DNA of 61,650 bases, filler included. It is 7 parts of 7 records of this genome, joined end to end, with 100 filler letters (N's around TTAATTAATTAA, not from the genome) between each part and the next. Parts side by side here need not be neighbours in the genome. Positions count along the whole stretch, not along the records: positions 35,095 to 42,143 come from SRR31147125_27850; positions 42,244 to 47,939 come from SRR31147125_27853; positions 48,040 to 55,522 come from SRR31147125_27857; 4 more parts are not named here. One strand, 5' to 3'. Position numbers and translations under genes: made by a program. Every line of letters starts with the position of its first letter. Position 1 is the first letter of the stretch. Positions 41,399 to 53,074 of this stretch are shown here, piece after piece. The notes beneath the pieces were generated by a model. The model saw nothing but the letters and a program-made list of their open reading frames with translations. It searched no databases and had not been told where the DNA came from.

Positions 41399-42143
41399 CT
41401 AATTAGTACCTGATTTCGGTTTGCGAACAAGAATATTAAGAATAATAAATCCCACAACCAGAATAATTGGTAAGATTGTCATGTTTCGTAATGTAACTTG
41501 AGCTCCGGCTGTTTCAATTGATTTTCCCATAATTGGTAATACCATTGAAGTTGCCACAAAACCGGCTCCTCCTAAAATCGACATTCCTAGCGCTCCACTT
41601 TTAGGTACATATTCAGATGCAACACCAATCATGGTAGGCCAGAAATAACAAACACCAACTGCAAATACAGCTGCTGATAATACGGTTACAACCGGTCCGT
41701 TTGCAATACTTAAAAGGAATAATCCTAAAACAGAGAATATAGCTGAGCCTAATAATACACCTGGAGGATTCAGGCGATGAATTAAACCACCTGCGAAGAA
41801 ACGACCAACAGCCATTAATCCGGTAACAACGGCCAGTACAATCATTGGGTGAATACCATTATCGGCAAGCAAAGCATTAATCCATTGTGTAGTACCCAAT
41901 TCTGTTGAAGACGTAAGCAACATACACGCAAAAACAAACGGAAATAGCAATGTAATTTTATTTACTAATCTACCTTCGATAATAATTAATACAGTTATTA
42001 AAGCAACAATAATTAATGGAGTAGAATAATTGGCGGTAACCATTTCTGCAATTGAAGGAGTTGTAGCTACCAAAATCATAAAAATTACAGCAAGAGTAAT
42101 TGTATATGGCGCTCCAATATTACGCATCATTTCTTTATAACTA
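41399..42143 (-). CDS. MFS sugar transporter, 5' truncated
   Basis: TELGTTQWI, MAVGRFFAG, YFWPTMIG. Confidence 0.85.
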
Positions 42144-42243
42144 NNNNNNNNNNNNNNNNNNNNNNNNNNNNNNNNNNNNNNNNNNNNTTAATTAATTAAN
42201 NNNNNNNNNNNNNNNNNNNNNNNNNNNNNNNNNNNNNNNNNNN
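42144..42243. other. Artificial contig spacer
   Basis: N run with TTAATTAATTAA. Confidence 0.98.
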
Positions 42244-42393
42244 AGTAACAACAGTGCGGTTGGTTGCTTTTCCCGGATCAACATCCAACAAACTAATATC
42301 TGCCACACTTTCAATGGCATCGGTAATTTCTTTAATTATGCTTAAATCGCGTCCTTCTGAAAAGTTTGGTACGCATTCTATAATTTTGTTCAT
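42244..42393 (-). CDS. ftcD: Glutamate formimidoyltransferase, N-terminus only
   Basis: IECVPNFSEGRD...LLDVDPGKATNRTVVT; downstream of hutI. Confidence 0.9.
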
Positions 42394-42454
42394 CCTTCAA
42401 AAAGTTAGTCGGAAGTCCGAAGCCGGAAGACCGAAGTTTATATTCATAAGTTTT

Positions 42455-42536
42455 TGTCATTTCGACGAATAAGCGAGTAGAAATCCATATATAAATAACA
42501 AATTTCTCACCTTCGTTCCTCAGGTTCGAAATGACA
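42455..42536. repeat. Inverted REP-like pair
   Basis: TGTCATTTCGA ... TCGAAATGACA. Confidence 0.6.
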
Positions 42537-42611
42537 GCAATATTTTTTAACGAAAATAGGAATCTGTAAAATCTTAGTTTATGATTTTTTACATGAATTA
42601 AAAGATCCACA

Positions 42612-42726
42612 TTTCGACTCCGCTCAATGTGACTATCAGGCTGAGCAGAGCAGGTATGTCAGAATGAACAGAGCCGAGAAGTCAGACTGAGCGGAGTCGA
42701 TATGTCAGGCTGAGCGGAGTCGAAGC
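42612..42726. repeat. Four tandem 23-nt REP-like units plus one inverted copy
   Basis: Consensus GTCAGGCTGAGCGGAGTCGA; units start 42635, 42658, 42681, 42704; inverted TTCGACTCCGCTCA at about 42613. Confidence 0.75.
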
Positions 42727-43980
42727 CTAAAAGCTTTGCACTTCACCATTCAAAATCACCGTTTCTATAAGATTAGAACCGTACGCATAAGGCAAATATT
42801 CAATGCCCGGAATTTCAGAAGTAATGAATAAATTAGCAATTTTTCCTTTTGCTATGCTTCCGTAGCTGTCGCTAATGCCCATGGCGTATGCCGTATTTAG
42901 TGTAGTTGCGTTTATCACCTCTTCGGGCAGCATTTTATATTTAATACAGCCCATTGCCGAAATCAGGCTCATGTTACCACTTGGCGACGAGCCCGGGTTA
43001 TAATCTGATGCCAGCGCAACTGGCAAACCGGCTTCAATCATTTCGCGCACCGGCGATAATTTCATTCCCAAAAAGAAAGCGGCCCCCGGTAAAACGGTTG
43101 GCATAGTTTCCGAATCTTTTAAAGCTGCAATTTCTTCTTCTCCCACAAATTCGAGGTGATCGACCGAAAGCGCATTGTATTTTACACCGGCCTGAATTCC
43201 TCCTGTTAATCCCAATTCGTTGGCATGAATTTTAGGACGCAAACCATATTTTAAACCGGCCATTAAAATACGCTCGGTATCTTCAACCGAGAAAAATCCC
43301 TGGTCGCAAAATACGTCAATATAATCGGCCAGCTCTTCGGCAGCAACTACAGGAATCATTTCATTTATAACAACATCTACATATTTCGACGGCTCGTTTT
43401 TGTACTCGGCAGGAATGGCATGCGCTCCTAAAAACGTTGCACGAACGCAAATAGGTGCTGTCTCTTTAATCCAGCGAATTACACGCAGCATTTTTAATTC
43501 ATCTTTGGGATTTAATCCGTAACCGCTTTTAATTTCAACAGCACCGGTACCCATTTTCATAATTTCTATTATGCGTTCCATTGCATCGTGAAACAATTCT
43601 TCTTCCGATGCCTGGCGCATACATTTTGCCGAATTCAATATTCCTCCTCCCCTTCTCGCAATCTCTTCGTACGAGAGGCCTTTTATTCGGTTAACAAATT
43701 CTTTTTCGCGCGGAGCCGGATAAACCAAATGTGTGTGCGAATCGCAGAAACTCGGGTAAACCAAGCGGTTCGAACAGTCGATTTCTACCAGCAAATCGTC
43801 GTCGCGGTAAACATCTTTTAACTGCTCCATAGGGCCAAACGATTCAATAATCTCATCGCGAATTATTACAAATGCATTTTTTATGGTATTTACGGTCGCC
43901 ATTTCCTTACCTGCCCTAAAATCCACAGAATTTTCCTCTACCTGAACAAGCTCTTTTATATTCTCAAGAAGTAGTTTCAT
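42727..43980 (-). CDS. hutI: Imidazolonepropionase
   Basis: DSHTH, EIKSGYGL, KIHANE, DHLE, SDYNPGSSP. Confidence 0.95.
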   Translation of the reverse strand: MKLLLENIKELVQVEENSVDFRAGKEMATVNTIKNAFVIIRDEIIESFGPMEQLKDVYRDDDLLVEIDCSNRLVYPSFCDSHTHLVYPAPREKEFVNRIKGLSYEEIARRGGGILNSAKCMRQASEEELFHDAMERIIEIMKMGTGAVEIKSGYGLNPKDELKMLRVIRWIKETAPICVRATFLGAHAIPAEYKNEPSKYVDVVINEMIPVVAAEELADYIDVFCDQGFFSVEDTERILMAGLKYGLRPKIHANELGLTGGIQAGVKYNALSVDHLEFVGEEEIAALKDSETMPTVLPGAAFFLGMKLSPVREMIEAGLPVALASDYNPGSSPSGNMSLISAMGCIKYKMLPEEVINATTLNTAYAMGISDSYGSIAKGKIANLFITSEIPGIEYLPYAYGSNLIETVILNGEVQSF

Positions 43981-44278
43981 TTCATCTGTTTTAACAGGAA
44001 ACAGAAAACCGACATATACACGTATTTCTACATACAGTCTGATTTCCCACTTCGCATGGTTTGATATTAAAAGTTACGAATTTGATTTGATAAATCAACA
44101 GTTTGTGTTACGATTTTCAAATGACGGAAGTCAAGGTTGGGAATTAGTATCAACAATATAAGTCAAAAGGAAAAGATTCTCTCACTTCATAGCATTCTGC
44201 TACGAATGACGGAATTTATTAATTTCAATATTTACACCACCCCACCCGGGTAAACCGGATTCGTAGTTTCATAAATAT

Positions 44279-46312
44279 TTAGCCAAGCAAATCATTTTTG
44301 AAGGTTAGAATTATTTCTGTGCCTTCGTTTACTTTACTTTTTACATGAATTGTTCCACCGTTTTTCTCCGTAAACTCTTTACATAAAATTAAGCCTAAAC
44401 CACTTCCTTTTTCGTTGTTGGTTCCCCAGGTAGAGTCAAAAGCATCTAATTTGAACAGCTTCTGAATTTGTGCTTCAGACATTCCAACACCATTGTCCTT
44501 TATTATTAAGTTGGTTTCTGACGGATTCTGCGATACATTTACAGACACAAATCCTCCGGTTGATGTATATTTTATTGCATTAGAAATAATATTTCTAACA
44601 GATATACTCATGGTATTTTCGTCAAGCCTTAAAACCAAATCGTTGGGAGTTTCATTATTAAGTCTTATCCCTTTTAATTTGGCATTTGCATTATTATCAT
44701 TTATAACATCTTCAATTAAGTGATTGATATTTACAGGAACTTTAGAAATATGTATCTGACCTTTTTGCGATCTTGACCAGATTAAAAGCTTATCTAACAT
44801 TGAATGAGCAATTTCTGCCGAAGTACTTAAACTCGAAATAATATCTTTTCTCTTATTCGCATTGAAATCTTCAAAGTCGTTTTCCAGTAAACCCGAAAAT
44901 CCCAAAATGGAATTAAATTGATTTTTTAAATCGTGAGTAATAATTGAGAAAAGTTTATCTTTTGTAGCAATGGCTTCTTTTAATTGTGCATTTATTTCTT
45001 CAATCTCTGTATTTTTTGTTTCCAGTATTTTGTTGGTATTAATTCTTAACCGGTAATTTCTGTATAAAATTATGGAAGCCGTAAGAATGAGTATTATAAT
45101 TTCCACAAGAAAATACAGAATCGTTTGTTTCTTTCTTAATTCCAAATCCTTTTGCAGTTGTTCATACTCAAATCGTTCATTCTCTTTTTCTCTTTCATGC
45201 TCAAACTCTTTCTGAACCAGTTTTCTATAGTTTCTTTCACTTGTTATACTATCCTGAATTGTTTTAAATATTACGTGCGCTTCATAAGCTTCCTTAAAAC
45301 GTCCCAACTTGTAACACGTTTCCGACAGATTTTCTGTGCTCGATTCTATTAAAACAGGATTGTTTAATTGCTTTGCTATTTCATAAGCTTCTTTACTGCA
45401 TTTATAAGCTTCGGTAAAATTGTTTTGTTTGGCACAGAGCATGCCATAACTGGTTAGTAAAGAGCTTTTATTAACTAAATTACCGCTTTCGTTCGAATAT
45501 TGAAATGCCTTTTGGTAATACTCGTTGGCTTCCGACAGTTTATTGGAGAAATTATATACGTTACCTATGTTAACATAGCTTTTTTCTATGTCAGATTTAA
45601 GTCCAAGCAATTTATAAATTTCTAAGGCCTGCATATAATATTTCAATGCTTCATCATAATTTTCCAAACTTTTATACGCTACACCTAAATTATTTAACAT
45701 TTTCGAAACCAGTAATGTATCGTTTAACGATTCAAAAATTTGCAAAGCTTCCTGATAGTTGGATATGGCATGATTATAATCTTCCTGTTTTCTATAAATT
45801 AAACCAATATTATTATAGCAGATTGCAATATCCTTTTGTTGGTCTAATTCTTCATGAACCTCTAAGGCTTTATAGTATTCTTGAATTGCAGCTATGTAGT
45901 CACCTTTTCTATAATAGTAAACACCTATATTTCGATTGACTTTTGCCAGTCCATCATAGTAATTAATTTTTTCGCACAACTCTCGCGACTGTTCATATAT
46001 TATCAACGAACTGTCATAATCCTCAATTTGGTCGTAATAAATTCCAATCATTCTTAAACTATTTGCTTCACCAATATCGTATTTTATCGAACGCGATAAT
46101 TGAAGCGCTTCCTGAGCATTCTCAAATAGTTTATCATTATTTTTTATATAGAAATCAGATGCAGTTTTCAACAATTCCTGAACAGTTGCTGTGTCTGCTT
46201 TCGTGCTAATTTCATTTTCGCCTCTAACTTGCGCAGTAATAAAAAACAATAAAAATAAACACGAAATTATAAGAAAAGTTTTGGAGTTGACTCTCATTAT
46301 TTTTTTAAACAA
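44279..46312 (-). CDS. TPR-repeat sensor histidine kinase
   Basis: Periplasmic TPRs, TM, THDLKN H-box, HATPase (DNGVGM, GSGLGL); ATG start likely at 46297. Confidence 0.9.
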   Translation of the reverse strand: MFKKIMRVNSKTFLIISCLFLLFFITAQVRGENEISTKADTATVQELLKTASDFYIKNNDKLFENAQEALQLSRSIKYDIGEANSLRMIGIYYDQIEDYDSSLIIYEQSRELCEKINYYDGLAKVNRNIGVYYYRKGDYIAAIQEYYKALEVHEELDQQKDIAICYNNIGLIYRKQEDYNHAISNYQEALQIFESLNDTLLVSKMLNNLGVAYKSLENYDEALKYYMQALEIYKLLGLKSDIEKSYVNIGNVYNFSNKLSEANEYYQKAFQYSNESGNLVNKSSLLTSYGMLCAKQNNFTEAYKCSKEAYEIAKQLNNPVLIESSTENLSETCYKLGRFKEAYEAHVIFKTIQDSITSERNYRKLVQKEFEHEREKENERFEYEQLQKDLELRKKQTILYFLVEIIILILTASIILYRNYRLRINTNKILETKNTEIEEINAQLKEAIATKDKLFSIITHDLKNQFNSILGFSGLLENDFEDFNANKRKDIISSLSTSAEIAHSMLDKLLIWSRSQKGQIHISKVPVNINHLIEDVINDNNANAKLKGIRLNNETPNDLVLRLDENTMSISVRNIISNAIKYTSTGGFVSVNVSQNPSETNLIIKDNGVGMSEAQIQKLFKLDAFDSTWGTNNEKGSGLGLILCKEFTEKNGGTIHVKSKVNEGTEIILTFKNDLLG

Positions 46313-46384
46313 GATAAGATATTTTGGGGAAATTTTTATATGATTTGAGAACCAACAAATAAAGTTCGTTTATAATATTATTGT

Positions 46385-47873
46385 TTAATTAATCCTGAAC
46401 ACAAATGCATGTTCGCAAGGTTTGTTATTGGGCAATTGAATGGTTAAAGCATCAGCATTTCTGTCCCATTGTAATTTGCCGTTATGACCAATTAACTCTA
46501 TCGTTTTAATTTTGCCGTTATAGAGGCTGGTGCTTAACGATTTTATTGGAAGCGCTCCCGATTCGGGCCATCCCAAAGCAATAGCGTACAATTGTCCGTC
46601 GCGTGTTGTAAAGCGGATGTCTTCATCACCAAAACCATCAAATTTCATATCGGCTAAATGTCCTGTTTTTGTTTCGGTAGGTCCTTCTCCAAAAATTAAC
46701 CATGGACGACTTTCGTAAATAGCCTCTCCGTTTAGTTTTAACCATTTCCCCATTTCGCGCAGGCGTTGCTTTTGGTCTGCCGGGATGCTTCCGTCGGGAT
46801 GTGGTGCAATATTAAGTAATAAGCAACCATTTTTACTCACAATATCCACCAGGTCGTCAATTAAATTATTAGTAGGATAACAGACCAAATCAGGTGTCCA
46901 AATCCACAACTTTTTAGATATGGAATTGTCGGTTAACCAAGGGGCGGGATAAATTTTTGGCATACGATTACGTTCAAGGTCAACTGTTCCTGTTCCAAGC
47001 GGAAAGTCAGGACGTTTAAATGTTAAAACAAATTCCTTAGCCGTTTTTTTCAGCATGATTGTAAGCATAAGCCATCATTTCTTTGCGCACTTTTTCAGAA
47101 AGAATCTGCACGCGATTATCGAACCAAAGTAAGTCGGGCGAATAGCCGTCAACCACCTCCTTTACTTTTTCAAGCCAAACGCGCTCAAAATCAGCACTTG
47201 GCATTGGGTAAACTTTGTAATAACCTTTGGTATCTTTCGTTCTCCACGCTGTTTCGGGCACTTTTTCGCCGTATAACGATGCATTTGCAGGGTCAGCGCA
47301 ATCGGTATTTTCGTCCCAGGTCGGAAACCATCCCCATAGCCACGAGTGGTGTAAACTAACTACATATTTTAATCCGCGCTTACGGATAGCCTTTTCCATC
47401 TCGGCAACAACATCGCGCTTTGGTCCCATATCAACAGCATTCCATGGATTTACTTTAGAGTCCCACATAGAAAAACCATCGGCATGCTCGCCGGCCGGCC
47501 CGGCAAAACGGGCTCCCGACTCTACAAATAAGTCGGCCCATTCATCGGCATCAAACTTAGGTGCAGTAAAGAGAGGAACTAGATCCTTGTAGCCAAATTT
47601 ATTGTGGTCGCCATAGGTTTCTTTATGGTATTTATAGTTGGGGTGCGACTCGAAATACATGTTATGCCCGTACCAATCAGAAGCCGTTTCGGGAACGGAA
47701 TACACCCCCCAGTGTGTATAAATACCAAACTTGGCATCCTTAAACCACTCGGGGCATTCGTATTGCTGAAGCGATTCCCAGGTGGGCTCGTATTTCTTTT
47801 GTGCATTGGCAAACTGAAAGCTAATGCAGATTATTGCAATGCATATTGTTCTTGTTAGATTTTTCATTGGCAT
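46385..47873 (-). CDS. Alpha-L-fucosidase (GH29), frameshift near 47040
   Basis: [47 protein letters not shown]. Confidence 0.88.
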
Positions 47874-47939
47874 TATATTTATTTTTTATCGATGTCTATT
47901 AAATTTGGGACAGATTCCTCGCTTCGCTTCGGAATGACA

Positions 47940-48039
47940 NNNNNNNNNNNNNNNNNNNNNNNNNNNNNNNNNNNNNNNNNNNNTTAATTAATTAANNNNN
48001 NNNNNNNNNNNNNNNNNNNNNNNNNNNNNNNNNNNNNNN
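47940..48039. other. Artificial contig spacer
   Basis: N run with TTAATTAATTAA. Confidence 0.98.
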
Positions 48040-48121
48040 CACAACGAAGGTTAATTGCCCTTGAAAGAGCGCTGCCAATGGCAATCAAATAAAAATATTT
48101 TGGTAAGGATAACGCGGAAAG

Positions 48122-48613
48122 ATGGAACCCCAGATTATATCGATTGCCGGACGATCAGGCTCCGGAAAGACTACCTTTTTAGAAAAATTGTTGCCGGTGC
48201 TGAAAGAGCGAGGCTATCAGGTCGGCGTGCTTAAACATGCCCATTGCGGATTTTCAATGGATCGAGAAGGAAAAGACAGCTGGCGTCACAAAAAAGCGGG
48301 CGCGGCAGCGACGTTGGTGATCTCTCCGGGCACCATTGCGCTGCTCAAGGATAGAGAGTACGCTTCCATTGAGGATGTAAAACATTATCTTTCAGATATG
48401 GATCTCATCATTGTCGAGGGATTCAAGCATGCGGAGTTGCCCAAGATCGAGATTTTCAGAGACGGTGCCGAACATGGGGGGCCGCTTTTCATCGGCAATT
48501 GTAATCTTATCGGGTTTATCACGGATTCATCCCATCGACCGGATGTGCCGACATTTGGATTGGAGGATGTCGTGGCTGTCGCGGACCTGATTGAATCTCG
48601 CTTTTTGCAGTGA
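48122..48613 (+). CDS. mobB: Molybdopterin-guanine dinucleotide biosynthesis protein B
   Basis: GRSGSGKTT, LKHAH, GKDSWRH, VEGFK. Confidence 0.92.
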   Translation: MEPQIISIAGRSGSGKTTFLEKLLPVLKERGYQVGVLKHAHCGFSMDREGKDSWRHKKAGAAATLVISPGTIALLKDREYASIEDVKHYLSDMDLIIVEGFKHAELPKIEIFRDGAEHGGPLFIGNCNLIGFITDSSHRPDVPTFGLEDVVAVADLIESRFLQ

Positions 48614-49464
48614 TGCGGCAACGCCTTGCTGAGGACATCATGATATTTGACCAATTCAAATTTTTTGAACGACAGTTCAATGCCTATGCAGATGATTATA
48701 TTGCCCGTTCATCCCAACCGGCCCCCTTACAATTAAAAAAAGCGCATAGCATGAGAGTATGCCGGGAGATTGAGTCGCTGGGAGAGGAATTGGCCCTGGA
48801 CGAGGAAGCACGGCATCTGGCACTGACCATGGCCCTTTTTCATGATCTGGGACGCTTTCGGCAATTTGAAGAGTACAAAACATTCTTGGATATGAAGTCG
48901 GTCGATCATGCCGCACTCTCTTTGAAGGAGCTGAATGCCAAGGGATGGCTTCATGAATGTACGTCTAGAGAATCCGCTTTGATCCGAGGAGCCATTGCCG
49001 TACACAATGCTGCTGAAGTACCGAATCTCGAAGATCATGAAAAAGTCTTTTTTATGAAGTTACTTAGGGATGCGGACAAACTGGATATCTGGCATGTGGT
49101 GATCGATAATTACCTCCACCCCGATCCGGACAATCGGGATACGGTCAATCTCGGATTGGAAGATCATGGCGGATACGCAGTGGATGCCGTTTTTGCATTG
49201 GAGAATCATACGTATGTTCGAAGTTCCTCCATCAAAGAGCTGAACGATTTAAAACTGATGCAGATCAGTTGGGTGTTTGATCTTAACTTTCCCGAAGCCG
49301 TGGCCAAGGTGAAGAAGCGAAAATACATTGATGATATTGTCTCTTCTCTTTCATTTTCCACAATAGATCCGGAACATTCCCGGGTTCTTCAGGCCATTGA
49401 CGGCGTTTATGATTATATGAACGCTTGTATGACAAAAAGAGTGTTTGATTTTCGTTGTGGGTAG
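48610..49464 (+). CDS. HD-domain protein
   Basis: HSMRV, LFHDLGRF, DHA, RDADKLD. Confidence 0.85.
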   Translation: MMRQRLAEDIMIFDQFKFFERQFNAYADDYIARSSQPAPLQLKKAHSMRVCREIESLGEELALDEEARHLALTMALFHDLGRFRQFEEYKTFLDMKSVDHAALSLKELNAKGWLHECTSRESALIRGAIAVHNAAEVPNLEDHEKVFFMKLLRDADKLDIWHVVIDNYLHPDPDNRDTVNLGLEDHGGYAVDAVFALENHTYVRSSSIKELNDLKLMQISWVFDLNFPEAVAKVKKRKYIDDIVSSLSFSTIDPEHSRVLQAIDGVYDYMNACMTKRVFDFRCG

Positions 49465-50532
49465 GCGACTCATGGGTGTTGATGAGAAGATTGCGATGGA
49501 TAGGCAAATGTTGGTCCGGCGCCTTTTTTGTCCGATATTGATCCGGTTGATTTCAATGGGGTGCAGCATGGTGCTGATACTGTTTTACGGTATAATGCAA
49601 CCGTGTGGCGCAACTGAATCGGTAAAAAGCCTTCAAGCCCATTGTGTCGTCAAAGTGGGAGAGGGGCTCATGAACTGGACCACCGGTGTCATTCAAGCGG
49701 GGGGCAATGAGATGCTCATGAATCAAACCGGTTATGGAAGTAAATCCGGCCGGGGAGAGACATCATTGGTTGAGAAGAAAAGCAGCGCGCCGGGACTTTT
49801 TTCATTTTCACCGTTTTATCGAGCCACATATCATGGTCGCTTTGACGACCCAGGCTTTGATGCCGGACAGCAAGAGGATCTGGATGTCGATCGCCAACGT
49901 CTGATTCGGATTTTGAAAATTATTTCATCCGATTATAGACATAAAGCGTTTGAGAGTCGGCATACCTCCTATCAGCTGGATGTGGTGATGGCAAGAAAAG
50001 CGCGGAATGCGCAAATTGTTTCAACCCGAAGAGGGGAGATTGCAGCGGGGACCGGGGCCGGTATTGTGCTGGCAACGGATATTTACGGTGATTTTTTAGA
50101 CTTGCTTTATCCCCTGCAGTTGGCAAGAATTCCCGATATTGAAGTGATCGACCCGGAAAACAGCTATGGCATACGAAAAAAAATACCGGTATGATAGTGG
50201 ATGCAAGGGAGATCGGCTATGTGCCGATATTGTACCCTGCGATTGTGGATGAGCAGGGTCGGGAAATTTATGGTGCCCTGCATGCCAGTCGGGAGTATGC
50301 TGTAGAAAAAGGGATGTGCAGTTATGCGTATTTACCGGACCCGTCCCTGATGAAGCGGCGGGTAGGAGAGTTTCCTGTTTGGGTTAAGGGGCTGAGAAAA
50401 GAGAGAGAAAAGGGAAATGTCATTGTCATTCCCCTGTCTGATGCGGAAAAGATCCGGAAACTTCCCGAACGTCATGAATTCATGAAAGCATGTAAAGTGA
50501 TGATTTTGGTACCCAGGGTGTTGCCGAAATAA
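49445..50532 (+). CDS. Conserved hypothetical protein, probably one gene frameshifted near 50180
   Basis: NWTTGVIQA N-part; joins to YTGMIVDAR...IVDEQGREIYG across an A-run. Confidence 0.5.
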
Positions 50533-50589
50533 TGAGAAAAATTGGTATGTTTTATTTTTGTTACGTTTTTTATAAGACGTCCTTCATTA

Positions 50590-50645
50590 TTCGGGGTCTC
50601 ATCTCAAAAAGTGTAAAGTGGATTTGAGGTCACGTGAATGAGGCC
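50590..50645 (+). repeat. 56-nt dispersed repeat, copy A
   Basis: 48/56 identical by manual alignment to the reverse complement of 58935-58990. Confidence 0.75.
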
Positions 50646-50652
50646 GAAAAAT

Positions 50653-51499
50653 TTATTTTTTTTCAATGAGAAGATTGTCCAACAATCGTGCTTTTCCTAC
50701 ATGTACGGCAAGCGCATACAAGGTCTCCCCTTCAATTTTGTCGACATCTTCAAGTGTGTCCGGATCGCATAAATTAATATAGTCGATTCGGGTATGTGCA
50801 AAGGATTCGATAAACGCCGTTACCTTTGATTTTATCACTTCCGGATTGGTTTCTCCGGCATCGATCATCTCTTTAACTTGCAATCGGGAGCGTGAGAGGC
50901 TGAGTGCCGATTCCCTTTCTTCCGGCTTTAAATAGGCATTGCGAGAGCTCATGGCCAGCCCGTCTTCTTCCCGTACAATAGGCGCTCCGATAATGTCGAT
51001 GCCGAAGTTCAGATCCTTGTTCAGCTGTTTAATAATCTGAAGCTGCTGAAAATCCTTGCAGCCGAATACGGCCGTATGGGGGCGGACAATGTTGAACAAT
51101 TTACTCACCACCGTGGCAACCCCTCTGAAATGTACCGGTCGGGATAGTCCGCATAGGTGGTGTGGGAGATGGTCAAGGGTTACATAACTTTGGTAATGGG
51201 GGGTAGATTGCTTCCGGTCGGGGAAGAAAGACGGCTTGTACTCCCCGCTCCTTTGCCAGTCGGAGATCTCGCTCGATATCCATGGGGTAGGCATCCAGAT
51301 CTTCATTTTCTCCGAACTGGGTCGGATTGACAAATAGACTGACAGCGACGGTGGAGGTGTATTTTTTTGCAATATCCATCAATGAGAGATGCCCGTCATG
51401 GAAATATCCCATGGTAGGAACCAAACCAATGGTCTCTCCGGCTTTTTGCGTTGCATCCGACCAGGCTCTCATCTCTTCAGGGGTTTTGAAAATATCCAT
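50653..51499 (-). CDS. panC: Pantoate-beta-alanine ligase, frameshift near 51200
   Basis: VPTMGYFHDGH, FVNPTQF, HFRGVATVV, KDFQQ, DGLAMSSRN, RLLDN. Confidence 0.93.
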
Positions 51500-51716
51500 T
51501 TTAACCTTCTTTATGGTTGATCTGTAAAGCAATCAGTGGCATGGTATGCTGATTGTCAATTGTCCTCAAATTGGGTCCGTTAATGGAGTTTTAATGACAT
51601 AAGGGCGGTGAAAGATCAAGTGAGGGATGGTAAAACTCCCCCGGAATACAATATCTGCGACATATCGGAGTTTGAACCGGACCATTCGAAATCGAACGAA
51701 ATATGAGAGGTGAAAC

Positions 51717-52295
51717 ATGAGCGGATTTCTTCCGTCAAGAGACGATGCCATGCAACTGCTGAAAAAATATAATCAAAGTGACAGTCTGATTCGACATGCC
51801 CTATCGGTTGAGGGCGTGATGGGGTATTTTGCAGATAAATTTGGTGAAGAGCGGGAAAAGTGGCAGGTGGTGGGACTTGTCCATGATCTTGACTACGAGC
51901 AATTTCCGAATGAACATTGCGCCAAAAGTCGTGAAATTCTGGAAGAAAACAACTGGCCGGATGAGTACATTCGGGCGGTTGTGAGCCATGGATGGGAAAT
52001 TTGTACGGATGTGAAACCGGAATCCCTGATGGAGAAAACCCTGTATGCCGTTGACGAGCTGACCGGATTGATTGCCAGTACCGCCCTGGTTCGTCCTTCA
52101 AAGAGTGTTCTCGATATGAAAGCCAAGTCCGTAACAAAAAAATGGAAAGATAAGCGTTTTGCTGCCGGTGTTGATCGCTCCATCATTGACAAGGGGGCGA
52201 AAATGCTCAATATGGAGCGGGCGGAATTGATTACCAATACCATCATGGGGATGAGACAAGTGGCCGAAGCCGTCGGACTTAAAGGAAATTGCTGA
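51717..52295 (+). CDS. HDIG-domain hydrolase
   Basis: RHALSVE, LVHDLDYE, AVDELTG, FAAGVDR. Confidence 0.88.
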   Translation: MSGFLPSRDDAMQLLKKYNQSDSLIRHALSVEGVMGYFADKFGEEREKWQVVGLVHDLDYEQFPNEHCAKSREILEENNWPDEYIRAVVSHGWEICTDVKPESLMEKTLYAVDELTGLIASTALVRPSKSVLDMKAKSVTKKWKDKRFAAGVDRSIIDKGAKMLNMERAELITNTIMGMRQVAEAVGLKGNC

Positions 52296-52433
52296 GGAAT
52301 GAGCACGAAATAACGTTCCCACTTCAGGGGCGGGGAACGATTTTAAATTTGTCCTCGATTCCCACAAATGGGAGACTTATTTCGGGCCGCTTTCTAAACT
52401 GGATGGGAATTGCTAAAAACTGCGGAATGAATC

Positions 52434-52462
52434 TTGACACACCGCAGATAATGATTTAAAAT
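52434..52462 (+). promoter_or_regulatory. Sigma70 promoter of the rpmH operon
   Basis: TTGACA-17nt-TAAAAT. Confidence 0.75.
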
Positions 52463-52545
52463 TTTATGTTTATTATAGTTGGCGAGATGACCATCGTAAG
52501 ATGGTCTTTTGTTTTTGAAAATCAAGTAATTGTGAGGAATGAGCT

Positions 52546-52680
52546 ATGAAAAGAACTTTTCAGCCCAGTCGACGGAAACGGTCAAGAAAACACGGCTTTT
52601 TAAAAAGAATGTCCACTCCTGCCGGAAGACGCATTGTCAATGCCAGGCGTGCCAAAGGCAGAAAAAAACTGACTGCTTAA
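52546..52680 (+). CDS. rpmH: 50S ribosomal protein L34
   Basis: Manual translation [44 protein letters not shown]; below the ORF-track size cutoff. Confidence 0.97.
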   Translation: MKRTFQPSRRKRSRKHGFLKRMSTPAGRRIVNARRAKGRKKLTA

Positions 52681-52705
52681 TTCGGAATTTGTCAGGTAAC
52701 GCAGC

Positions 52706-53074
52706 TTGAACAGTCACTCATTTCCAAAATCGGAACGGCTACTGAAACGGGGACAGTTTCTTAAACTGTCCCGTAAAGGGCAAAAAGTACACACCCGTTT
52801 TTTTATGGCGCTTTTGATGGCGGGAGAGACAAGACAGACTCGGATCGGCATCACTGTATCAAAAAAAGTGGGAAATGCAGTGGTCCGAAACCGGATCAAA
52901 CGGTTTGTCAGAGAGTACTTTAGATACAAAAAATCGACGATCCCGGGCAAATGGGATATCAATATCATTGCAAGAAAGTATGCATCCCACCTGTCCGGCT
53001 CACAGATTCCCGGTGAGCTGGACAAGTTGTTTACAAAAATAGCTGATGCTGAATTGAATGCCGGTGTCGAATGA
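52706..53074 (+). CDS. rnpA: RNase P protein component
   Basis: [21 protein letters not shown]. Confidence 0.96.
   Translation: MNSHSFPKSERLLKRGQFLKLSRKGQKVHTRFFMALLMAGETRQTRIGITVSKKVGNAVVRNRIKRFVREYFRYKKSTIPGKWDINIIARKYASHLSGSQIPGELDKLFTKIADAELNAGVE

Noticed and set aside
42635-42726. Tandem 23-nt units as a CRISPR array
   Set aside because: No unique spacers and no cas genes; REP-like
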